From Squalus acanthias (taxonomy: Eukaryota), in NCBI GenBank assembly GCA_030390025.1, contig CM059431.1:158040001-158104000 (forward strand): 64,000 nt of DNA. The letters are read 5' to 3'. The translations under genes were made by a program, and so were the position numbers. Position 1 is the first letter of the stretch; every line of letters begins with the position of its first letter. Below the pieces are notes generated by a model that did no database searches, was not told where the DNA came from, and worked only from the letters and a program-made list of their open reading frames with translations. Below, piece after piece: positions 46,001 to 54,689 of this stretch.

Positions 46001-49000
46001 TCGAGTGCTACCGTCAGAGACTTGAAGAGTCAATTGAAGAATACGTGAAGGCTGTTAGTCAGACGCTTTTTGATGTAAAATTATTTACTGAAGCAGATCA
46101 TGAGGTATGCAACATATATAGTGGAATCGCATACTTTTAAATGAGTCATGAGTCAAAGTCAGTGTAACTGTATTCCGTGCAACCCTTCGATATAATCAGT
46201 ACTCAATAGTGATTCTGACATTGAGTTCGATGCCAATGAAAACAACATCTTATGTGCTCCTCTGTGATATATCTCTGGTAACATAATTAGTTCTTTCATA
46301 TTCAATTAATGCATTAAATAATGAGAGAACAGCATCTCATGGTTTTACTATGTTTGCTTCATGGCAGCGTCCTGGGCCCAACTATCGTTAATTGCTTCGT
46401 CCATGGCCAGCCCTCAAGAGATCAGAATTGGGGCTAGTTTCTGATCATTGCACAGTGTTCAGCTCCATTCGTAAATCCTCCAATAATGAGGTAGTACTTC
46501 CCCGTATGAAGCCAAACCTGGACAACTTCCAGGTTTGGCCGGATAAGTGGCAAGTAACATTCGCGCAACTCAGGTGCCGGGCAATGACAATCTCCACCAA
46601 GATAGAGTCACATCATCTCTCCCTGATATTTAATGGAATTACCATCGGCGATTCGGGCAGCATCAACAACCTGGAGGACCGGACTATAACGAGCTCTATG
46701 AATTCACTGTGAAAAGTGCGGCTGTTAAGTTAATTCCAGTGGCCGCATTTCTGCTGGGGATGGAATTACTCCAGTTTCTGAAAGCGGACATAAAGGAAGT
46801 CCTTTCAAGTGTTCAATGACTCCAAATTACAGGATTGCACGGGCCAAGTCCAGACGAATCGAAATTAATAATTTAATAATCCACGACTAGCAGCACTACC
46901 ATCATGCGTCATCAGCATAGCCGCAGTGGAAAACCTGGAGAAAGTTAAAACATGTAATAGCGAAATACTCATAATGTCACATGAATAAATTAAGTGACGT
47001 ATACCAGATAAACTGTCGGAATAAAAGGCCTTGAGTTTCCGTCCATTCTCTGCCAAATCAGCCCTGTTTTTCCAGTGAACCATCTGATTGGTTTGTGCCA
47101 TTTCCGGTGGTGCGGCTTTCTAGAGATTTGTAGTGAACGTATCTAAATCGTTGCTTCGATTTCTCTGCTCCTTTGCACTTCACAACATGGCTGCCTCTCT
47201 CTGCCTTGCTAATACCTTTCCTGCCACAATTTTTACATCGTAAAAAATACTTTCTTTATTTCTAACAGCTCACAATCTGCATTATCTCACGTATCACCGA
47301 GGAGTCGCAACATTCATCCAGTGTATGGGATATGCAACCTACTGCCTTTATTCCTGGCCAGCTCAGGTCATGCCCCTTCTTCGGCTCACTGCTCAGAGTC
47401 GTCACTAATACTGGCCTCTCCTCAGTCGTCATTCTTTGACGTCAAGACTGCCATAATGATCAATTCCATAAAAACAATCTCGGACTCTCCTATTATGTCC
47501 ACATGCACGCTATTCCGAATATCTCCTACCATTACCTAACACATGCATATGCAAAGTGTTCCGAATATAGCTGGTTATTTGAAGGCACAGATTGTCTGGG
47601 GATATGCTATACATTATGATGTACATATATTAATAGCTATCTGGCTTAGGTAAGGACAGGATTAGATGCTAAAGTGTCATGTTACTAATCATTAATGGGG
47701 AATCAAGTTTTAAAGAAAATAGGGAGAAGCTATTTTAAAAGATTGAATTGCAGCCCGGGAACTCAGGGCTGATATAAGGACTGCTTCGCAAAATTATTCT
47801 ATATGTGTGGGGTTACAGAATAATAAAGGAGCTATTATCATGCATTGAATAGTCGGAAATGGATAGAAAAGCAGTAATCGAGAAAACAGACAAAGTGCAG
47901 CAAAATCAGCAACAGAGTGACTGGTGATTTGAAATAGCCAATGGATAAATGCAACCTAACTGTGAGAGAAAGGGCATGGTATTTGCCCTGTCCGGTACGT
48001 TCTTTAGATTGGTATGGTTTTAGGAAAAGAAGGAAGGAATGAGTATTGGATCAATTTCTAGAAACGGAGAGGGAATAGTAATCGAGCTAAGTTTAGTGGA
48101 CTATCCAGGAAAATATGGTATCATTAGGATTCATATGAACTGTAGTAGGTAACATTACAATCAAAGCAACATATCTTTTACAGGAATAACATTAATTTTA
48201 ACGCAACTAAAATACTAGCCCAGATATATTGGCACGTTAATGATCAGAAAAGGCAGCGGAGAAGCAGTAAGAATCTGCCGAATAGGAGAAGATTGTCATA
48301 GAAGATACACAAATTACACGAGAATAAAAGAGGTGCAGCACAAACGAGAATTGCTTTGATGTGCATAGAAAATGACCGAAAAATGACATTTTAAAATAAG
48401 TATAGGGTAGGAGGGCTGATTAAGTAAAACAAATCAAGGAAACATGGAGAATATAAAATAGAAGAGAAAATTTTCAATTTTTTTGAAACGAATGAGTGGC
48501 AGGTGTCAGCATTAGAGAAATTATCTTATTTCATAAACACCTCAAAAACAATTAATCAAAGGACAGAGCTGTGTAGAGATGAAAACTTCAAGGTTCATAA
48601 AGAGCATGAAGAAGTGACTGATAAGCTGTTGCTGCTGCTTCGATGAATGAAGGTGATACTTGGAATGAATGAAAGGCTCATTGAATTAAATAGAATGAAA
48701 ATCGGTCGTGGCATAAAGTGGGCCACCGATTCTCCATCAGCACCTTTCGTGCAACTGGCCAACAAAAAATTCACACACATTAAAAGTTTTGCAATTTCTG
48801 CAATTTGAGTTTCTGAAACCACGTTGTGATATTATGATAAATTACACTTACTAACAACCAATAATGCTTGATTTTGGTCGAAACCTATTACTGCAACTTA
48901 ACTGTTCCCATTCTATTCTGCACTTTATCCATTTCCATCTGTTGCTGAGAAGTTAGAGTTCCACTGGATGGCTCAACGGAGCTCCTCTCTGTCTCTGCCA

Positions 49001-49491
49001 CTCTCCGTGATCTCTGGTTTCATGCAATCCTGGGCATTTCCTCATCCCCGATTTCCTTCGCCTCACCATTGGCAGCAGAGCCTTCAGCTGCCTCGGCCTA
49101 AGCTCTGAAATTCCTGCTCTAATCCTCTCCTTTAAGAAGCTCCTTAAATCTTACACTTTAAACAAGCTTCTGCTCACCCGATTGTGAGATTTTCTATTCA
49201 TTCATTTCATAAAGAGAGGGAGAAAGAGAAAAGTCGTTTAATATCTAATTATTATGTTACTTGGCTCAATATGTTTGCAATTTTTATTTTAGAAAATCAG
49301 ATCTCTCGCTGAAAGTCAGAGCAGAAACGACGCTTCCAGACACATTTTCGATACCGTGCTGGAAAAGGGAGCTCGGGGAGAAAGAGCAATCTGGAACATA
49401 TTACTTCAGCTTCAGAACACCAAACCCCAGCTGAAAGCGATACTTTCAGAGATACCGAACAGAGGTCCATTGCTAGAAAATAGTCTGGAAG
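895..49491 (+). CDS. Multi-exon gene segment encoding 7 tandem CARD-like domains (14 exons, 2520 nt, ~840 aa); 5' end outside window, 3' end not identified
   Basis: join(895..1055,4490..4688,7543..7703,10829..11027,13842..14002,18585..18783,22795..22955,26068..26266,28880..29040,32223..32421,40435..40595,43734..43932,45944..46104,49293..49491). All junctions are AG/GT, phases are compatible, and there are no stops. The module fits the CARD pattern (YRQRL..I...V..V...L....VFT..D.E...D.S..IFD.VLEKG....IW..F.......P.L). Domain call is by eye, no HMM run. Confidence 0.8.
2856..3157 (-). mobile_element. CR1-type 3'-end fragments (LINE tail or SINE), unit-1 specific
   Basis: (ataagaac)n tail followed by aggagcaggagtaggccaatcggcccttcgagcctgctccgccattc. 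Absent in unit 2 and flanked by gggataa on both sides. Confidence 0.75.
4490..4688 (+). CDS. CARD module exon B1
   Basis: tttttag|AAA ATC...CTG GAA G|gtatgt; [66 protein letters not shown]. Confidence 0.85.
4870..6490 (+). mobile_element. Old degenerate CR1 ORF2 remnant downstream of exon B (homologous copy in every unit)
   Basis: Broken RT peptides such as [30 protein letters not shown] and [10 protein letters not shown], with many stops and frameshifts. Boundaries approximate. Confidence 0.85.
7543..7703 (+). CDS. CARD module exon A2
   Basis: ttcag|AT..GAG|gtatgc; (D)[53 protein letters not shown]. Confidence 0.85.
10829..11027 (+). CDS. CARD module exon B2
   Basis: gttcag|AAA..GAA G|gtatgt; [66 protein letters not shown]. 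Confidence 0.85.
13842..14002 (+). CDS. CARD module exon A3 (absent from ORF track)
   Basis: ttcag|AG ACT..GAG|gtatgc; manually translated (E)[53 protein letters not shown]. Confidence 0.85.
16601..18075 (+). mobile_element. Young 5'-truncated CR1 LINE; uninterrupted 458-aa RT C-terminal ORF (16616..17992)
   Basis: [32 protein letters not shown] and FADD motifs, followed by a CR1 3' UTR. Absent from the twin unit at ~25552. Confidence 0.95.
18585..18783 (+). CDS. CARD module exon B3
   Basis: ttttag|AAA..GAA G|gtatgt; [66 protein letters not shown]. Confidence 0.85.
19131..20316. mobile_element. Penelope-like element insertion 1: two truncated 3' ends in inverted orientation
   Basis: Arms invert at ~19708 and encode the GIY-YIG ORF C-terminus (..[14 protein letters not shown]). 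12-bp TSD gtcggtactagg at 19119..19130 and 20317..20328. Confidence 0.9.
20186..20227 (+). ncRNA. Minimal type-I hammerhead ribozyme motif in Penelope terminal region; copies at + 22618-22655, 27485-27526, 36128-36169, 59530-59571, 62716-62752 and - 19180-19221, 20449-20486, 34043-34080, 35414-35455, 52365-52401, 58549-58590
   Basis: tcac-CTGAGGA-a-ggagc(loop)gctcc-GAAA-gc-TT-gtga contains the catalytic cores CUGANGA and GAAA, stems I and II, and a palindromic mini stem III (AAGCTT). Confidence 0.75.
20358..22707. mobile_element. Penelope-like element insertion 2: ~1.07-kb inverted arms with ~180-bp spacer
   Basis: The + arm has an open frame at 21465..22280 (RIHRICSD...CKTC...NVVYLIRC...[21 protein letters not shown]). 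Its mirror image lies at 20397..21462. TSD tatataatttgg at 20346..20357 and 22708..22719. Confidence 0.92.
22795..22955 (+). CDS. CARD module exon A4 (absent from ORF track; same peptide as A3)
   Basis: ttcag|AG ACT..GAG|gtatgc; open frame. Confidence 0.85.
26068..26266 (+). CDS. CARD module exon B4 (B3 with S>N)
   Basis: ttttag|AAA..GAA G|gtatgt; open frame. Confidence 0.85.
26985..27575. mobile_element. Penelope-like element insertion 3 (short inverted arm plus direct arm)
   Basis: Junction at ~27091. 12-bp TSD cttcataaatag at 26973..26984 and 27576..27587. Empty site at ~44640. Confidence 0.9.
28880..29040 (+). CDS. CARD module exon A5
   Basis: ttcag|AT..GAG|gtatgc; (D)[53 protein letters not shown]. 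Confidence 0.85.
32223..32421 (+). CDS. CARD module exon B5
   Basis: ttttag|AAA..GAA G|gtatgt; [66 protein letters not shown]. Confidence 0.85.
33459..35213. mobile_element. Non-autonomous TIR DNA transposon (MITE-like), unit-5 specific
   Basis: Imperfect TIRs GGGCCGAAAATTGATCCCG / CGAGATCAATTTCTGGGCC (15/19 match). Empty site gtgccactt|aata at ~50515. GC-rich internal hairpins. Confidence 0.75.
33990..34993 (-). mobile_element. Penelope-like element of a second subfamily, 5'-truncated, nested in the TIR element
   Basis: GIY-YIG ORF 34302..34691 ([14 protein letters not shown]) with a different 3' UTR. Flanked by cttatgaat on both sides. Confidence 0.88.
35365..36260. mobile_element. Penelope-like element insertion 4 (inverted arms)
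   Basis: Junction at ~35923-35936. 11-bp TSD tcgatattaaa at 35354..35364 and 36261..36271. Confidence 0.9.
37752..40053 (+). mobile_element. 5'-truncated CR1 LINE (end of endonuclease through RT) with one nonsense codon (~38321) and one frameshift (~39150)
   Basis: ORF pieces 37751..38323, 38390..39205 and 39150..39959 carry SDHN, QGSVLGP and FADD. Tail is (ctatgtaat)2, with short TSD atccct. Confidence 0.93.
40435..40595 (+). CDS. CARD module exon A6
   Basis: ttcag|AT..GAG|gtatgc; (D)[53 protein letters not shown]. Confidence 0.85.
43734..43932 (+). CDS. CARD module exon B6
   Basis: tttttag|AAA..GAA G|gtatgt; [66 protein letters not shown]. Confidence 0.85.
45944..46104 (+). CDS. CARD module exon A7
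   Basis: ttcag|AT..GAG|gtatgc; (D)[53 protein letters not shown]. Confidence 0.85.
49293..49491 (+). CDS. CARD module exon B7
   Basis: ttttag|AAA..GAA G|gtatgt; [66 protein letters not shown]. Confidence 0.85.
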
Positions 49492-51959
49492 GTATGTGGT
49501 GTCCAAATCTAACTTGCAAAAGGTCGTGTTCAGTGTCAGAGTAACAAAGTTCATTATTTATGGCGAGGATACTTATTTTAAGTATTCTTGGAGGACGAAA
49601 TTCTACATGGGCGGGTAAACAAAACAGGCGGATTCGCATTTGCCGACCGCCATAAAAAACAACGGGCATTCAGTTCTATTCAATGTTATTCGGGAGCAGT
49701 GTAGAACAGGTGATCGATGCAATACCGCCTGTGGTATAGCTTCGCCGGAACCGGGCGGTATCGCTACTGAACATAGACATTTATGAGAAGTGAAAAAGGA
49801 AATAAGAGGGTTAAAGCGAGAGGATTAGAATAGACTGGCAACTAACATTAAAGGGACTCCAAAAGTCTTCTATATGCATCTAAATAATTAACTTGCAGTA
49901 AGAAAAATGTTGTGGCCGACTTGGGACCAAAAAGGAAACCCACGCATGCAGACAGACGGCATGACTGAGTTACTAAATAAATACTTTGCATCTGACTTTA
50001 CCAGGGAAGAAGATGCTGTCAAAGTCATAGGAAGAAGGAGGTAGTTGCAATACTGGATGAGATAAAAATGGATAAAGAGAAGGTACTGGAAAGATTGGCT
50101 GACCGGATGGAATGAATCCTAGGATGCTAAGGGTGGTAAGGGTGAATATTGTGGAGGTACTGGCCAAAATCTTGCAATCATCCTGAGATACGGGGGAGCT
50201 GCCAGAGGACTAGAACATTGCAAATGTTACACGCTTGCTCAAAAGGATATAACCTACAATTACAGACCAGTCAGTTTAACTTCGGTAATGGGCAAACTTT
50301 TAGAACGATCAATGGGGACAAAATTAACAGTCACTTGGACAACTGTAGATTGATTAAGGAAAGTCAGCACGGATTTGTCAAAGGCAAATCGTGTTTAAAT
50401 AACTTAAAATTGTTTTTGTTTCATGCGGTAACAGAGATTTTGGGGGTCTGGTTACGGCAATGCGGTTGATGTGGCGTACATGGACGTCCAAAAGACGTTT
50501 GATAAAGTGCCACTTAATATGTTAGACAGCAAAGTTGAATCCCATGGAAAAAATTGACAGTGGCAGCATTGATACGAAATTGGCTAAGTGACGGGAAACA
50601 GAGAGTATTGGGGAACGGTTGTTTTTCTGACTGCAGGAAGGTGTTCCCCTGGGGTCGATATTAATACCAGTGCTTTTCTGGATATATAGCTATGATTTGG
50701 ACTTGGATGTACCAGGGACAATTTCAAAATTTGCAGATCACACAATACTTGGAAGTATAATGAACAGTGAGAAGAATAGTGAAAGACTTCAAGAGGACAC
50801 AGATCGGCTGGTGTAATGGGCGGACACGTGGCAGAAGAAATTTAACGCAGAAACGTGCAAAATGATACATTTTGGTAGGAAGAACGTGGAGAGGCATTAT
50901 AAAATAAAGGGTACAATTCTAAACGAGCTGCATGATCAGAGGTACCTGGGGGTATATGTACACACATTTTTGAAGGTATCAGGGCTTATTGAAAAAGTGG
51001 TTAAAAGCTTACGGGAAACTGGGCTTCATAAACAGAGTAATAGAATAGAAAAGCATGGAACTTATAGTGAAAATTTAATAAACACTGCCTCGACCACAAC
51101 TGGTGAATTATTTCCAATTCTGGGCACCGCACTTTAGGAAGAATGTGAAGACCTTAGAGAGAGTGCAGTAAAGATTTTCAAGAATGGTTACAGGGATGAG
51201 GGACTTTGGTTATGTGGATTGACTGGAGAAGCTGGTTGTGTTCTCCTTAGAGTAGAAAAGTTTGAGATGAGTTTTTTTAAAGGTGTTCAAAATCATGAGG
51301 GGTCTGGACACAGTAGCGAGAGAGAGAGAGAGAAACTGTTCCCATTGGCGAATGGGTCTCGAAACAGAGATCACAGATTTAAGGTGATGAGCAGAACTGC
51401 CAAAGGCGACATGAGGAAAAAAATGTTTATGAAACAAGTGGTTAGAGTCTCTAATGCGCTGCGTGAAATGATGTTGTAGGCAGACTCAATCGTGGATTTC
51501 AACAGGGAATTGGGTAAGTAACTGAAGTAAAAATAAATGTGCAGAGCTACTGGGAATACGCTGAAGAGAGGGAATCGCTGCAGTGCTCTTCTGGAGATCT
51601 GGCACGGCCACGACGGGCCAAATGGTCTCCTTCTGTGCTGTAACCATTTATGATTCTCTGCTGTCCGTTAAGCGCTCGGTCTGATGAGCACTTCCATCGA
51701 GTTCAATAGAACTCAATAGCGGTAGGATTGAAGTTTGTGCGGTTTGAGTTCAGCTCTGGTCCGATAATGAGTTACATATTTGAAGCGGAGTTTTCAACTT
51801 GCTCATTCCTGCTTTTTGTGGGTATAATACAGCTCCACTGCACTCCCAAATATGGCAACTTCTTATTTTGATAATGATGTATTTATATATATATGCATTT
51901 ATATTCAGTTACATGTCTAAATATAAAGATACATTTGTATGCCTAGCTGGAGCATCCCG

Positions 51960-52260
51960 TTACACCGTGAAACAGCATACACACCTGTCCGGTACCCGAT
52001 GAAATTCAAAAGTCCATGCTGAACAGGCAGTATGCTGATACACTGTGAAACCCCATGCTGACAGGATGCTGATAAACTGTGAATCCGCTTACATATGTGG
52101 AGGTATCCTGGTAGGCTGTGATTCACTGTGCACATCTGTCTGAAAGTTTTTTACACTAACTCTCCGAGACTCATCTGCAGGATCCCAATACACTCTATCC
52201 CCATACAAATTAGACAGGTTGCTGATACACTGAAAATCTCCATACACATCTGGCATGGGA
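51960..52260 (+). repeat. Degenerate copies of the 38-39-bp minisatellite also found at 58-60 kb
   Basis: gctgatacactgtgaaacccca / caggat motifs recur. Confidence 0.65.
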
Positions 52261-52304
52261 ACGGTAGGATAGTTTTTATGTTGCTCGACTAGTAATCCAG
52301 AGAT

Positions 52305-53070
52305 ACAAACAGAAAATGCTGGATATACTCAGCAGGCCAGGCAGCACCTGGGAGAGAGAAACAGAGTTAACGTTTCAAGTCGATGACCCTTCGTCAGAAC
52401 TGGAAAAAAAACTGTAGATGGAACAGGTTTTGAAGCAAGTGTAGGGGCAGGAAAAGGGAGAGGGGAAGATAGAATAAAAGGGATTTATACTGACTCGCTG
52501 GAATCAAGTATCCACAGTCTGCGGGAAAGCTCTGCACATGTGCGTTTGCAGGGATACGCCAGGTTCCATTCGCGGCCTGTAAATTCTTCACATTTTAAGG
52601 GTCTGGGCCGGCACTGTTTGCATGGTTAAACTATTTAAAAAAAAATTCTGCTGCAGTTTAGTAAATGACTCAAAGGTTTATTGGATTCCCTGAGCAGTTT
52701 TTAAACTCATTTGACACCACACTGGAGTTATGCTTCATGTGGTGTTAAGTTGAAACAATATGAGATGGAAGGTCTGTGATAGGATGGGAGGCAGGAGAGA
52801 TTAAGAGACAAAAGGGATGATGATGCAAGGCAAAAGGAGATGGTAATGGGACAAGTTTAGAAACGAAAGATGTCTCTAGATCAAGAGTAAATGGCAATGG
52901 CAGAATGATGGACAGCTGTCATGTGAGAGAGAGAAAAGTATGGAAAAAAAAGATGGGGGCAGATGTTATGTTCTGAAATTGTTGAATTCGATGTTGAGTC
53001 CAGAAGGCTGTAAAGTGCCGAATCAAAAGATGAGGTGCTGTCCCTGGAGCTTACGTTGAGCGTCTGGCAA
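52305..53070 (-). mobile_element. Old Penelope-like 3' portion (third family), interrupted at ~52490-52760
   Basis: Minus strand reads ..QHLIF*FGTLQPSGLNIEFNNFRT*, typical of a PLE ORF C-terminus. Terminal region carries a hammerhead-like motif at 52365..52401. Confidence 0.7.
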
Positions 53071-54059
53071 ATGAGCACAGACAGACACACACATGCACCC
53101 CTCACACACGGACTTCACACAAACACGGGGCCCTTCATTCAGAATTAAGGAATCGCCACCCCAACGGAACCACGCAACTGCACCAGACTATGTGGCGGCT
53201 GCAGCCTCTACTGGCACGCTTTCCTCAGCTCTCTGTGGAGAACTTCAGAGATCGGATGGTGGGCGTGTGAACGTCGGAACTCATAGAGGAAAGGTCAGAA
53301 GCACGGGCGGGGGTCGGGTGTGGCGTCAGGAATCCGGGGAGAGATGGTCAGGAACTCGGCGGGAGAGAATGTCAGGAACCTGTTGCGGGGGTGAAGGTCA
53401 GGAAGTCTGGGAGAGGTTCAGCTTATCGCAGTGTATGGGAAGGTCAAGAAGTTGATGGGGGGAGCACTGTGAGAACAGTGAGGAGGGTGAAGAATGTGAT
53501 CCAAGTCTAAAGGGCGAGGATGAGATCAAGTACGTGATCCAGCTGGGAAGATGGATCTCGTTCTCCCGCCCTCTGTTCGTCCTAGATCACAATCTGCAGG
53601 TCCCACGCAGAGAGCTCATGCAGTAATTTGAATGGGCCGCAAACCCCTGAATGGAGCCGCGCACAGAAAAAATAACGGGAGCATTCATCGGCTCATGGTC
53701 CACCAACAACTGATATTAAAATTCTAATCCTCATGTCGAATTCCTTCCATGGCCTCACCCCTTCCTATCTGAACTCGGCAGTGTGAATGCGGTGAGAGCC
53801 GGTAACCCAGAGGGTGAGCTCTGTCTCTTAACTGAAAGCAGTAGTGTTAGCAGTATTCGCTCTGGAGCCCGACTATCAGAAAGAAATGGATCAAATACAC
53901 ATTGCAAAGATGTTGATTACTCAGGCAGGCAGGATCTAATTACACATTCCAGACAAACTGCTGGCTGTGACTTGTCCTTCAAGGTGACCAATCAGAAGCA
54001 TGGTATTGACCCCCAATGGTCCAATCAAAAATTTGGTGTTGCAAATAGGGACGATCTAA

Positions 54060-54680
54060 TATGAAAACTGTTTTGCTAGCCAAGGCTATTAATGGATACA
54101 AAACAAAGGCGATTTTATTGAGTTAAGATACGGATATGCAATGATCTCATTGAATGGCGGAACGTGCTCGAGAATCTGAATCGCAAACTCCTTTTACAAA
54201 ACTAATGGTACATCGCTGGATAGAAAATAGAAGGAGGCCATTCGACCAATCGTTCCTCTAAATTTGTAAATGACACAAAACGTCGGGGTGTGTGCAAAAA
54301 GTGATGATGATACCAATCGACTGCAACAGGACATAGAAAGGCTAGCAGAATGGGCAGACAAGTGGCAGAAGGAATTTAATACAGGGAAGTGTGAGGTGAT
54401 GCATTTTGGCAGAAGGAGCAGGGAGAGGCAATATACAATTAATGGCAAAATTTTACAGAGTGTGCAGGGACAGAGGGACCTGGGAATTAATGTGAATAGG
54501 TCCCTGAATGTGGCAGGTCATATTGAAAGAGTGGTTAACAAAACATATGGAATCTTGGTCTTCATAATTAGAGGTATTTACTACAAAAGTAAATAAGTTA
54601 AGCTGAAAATGTATAAAGCGCTGGTTATGCGAAAACTGGAGTATTGTATCCAGTTCTCGTCACTACACATTAGGGAGAAT
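54060..54680 (+). mobile_element. CR1 fragments
   Basis: LQQDIERLAEWADKWQKEFNTGKCEVMHFG peptide and CR1 3' UTR pieces. Confidence 0.8.
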
Positions 54681-54689
54681 AACAACTTG

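Larger units (their letters stand above)
1..51660 (+). repeat. Tandem segmental duplication array, 7 units (unit starts ~<1, 6491, 12790, 22720, 27829, 37075, 44892)
   Basis: The same intronic sequence blocks and exon pair recur in the same order. Exon A spacings are 6648, 6299, 8953, 6085, 11555 and 5509 bp, and the differences are explained by insertions and deletions. Confidence 0.95.

Noticed and set aside
879..46140. MTLNSDTK.. ORFs as standalone small genes
   Set aside because: The starts are TTG codons in intronic sequence upstream of the acceptor and are lost in units 3 and 4; the C-terminal ends are intron read-through.
64..47539. Other recurrent 60-130-aa ORFs in introns (e.g. [42 protein letters not shown])
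   Set aside because: They are decayed LINE remnants copied with the array; frames and stops are not conserved between units.
4464..49554. Recurrent minus-strand ORFs containing [14 protein letters not shown]
   Set aside because: They are antisense shadows of exon B; the splice signals and domain pattern are on the + strand.
53093..53455. 120-aa ORF as the terminal exon of the CARD gene
   Set aside because: No recognisable domain and no convincing phase-1 acceptor identified.
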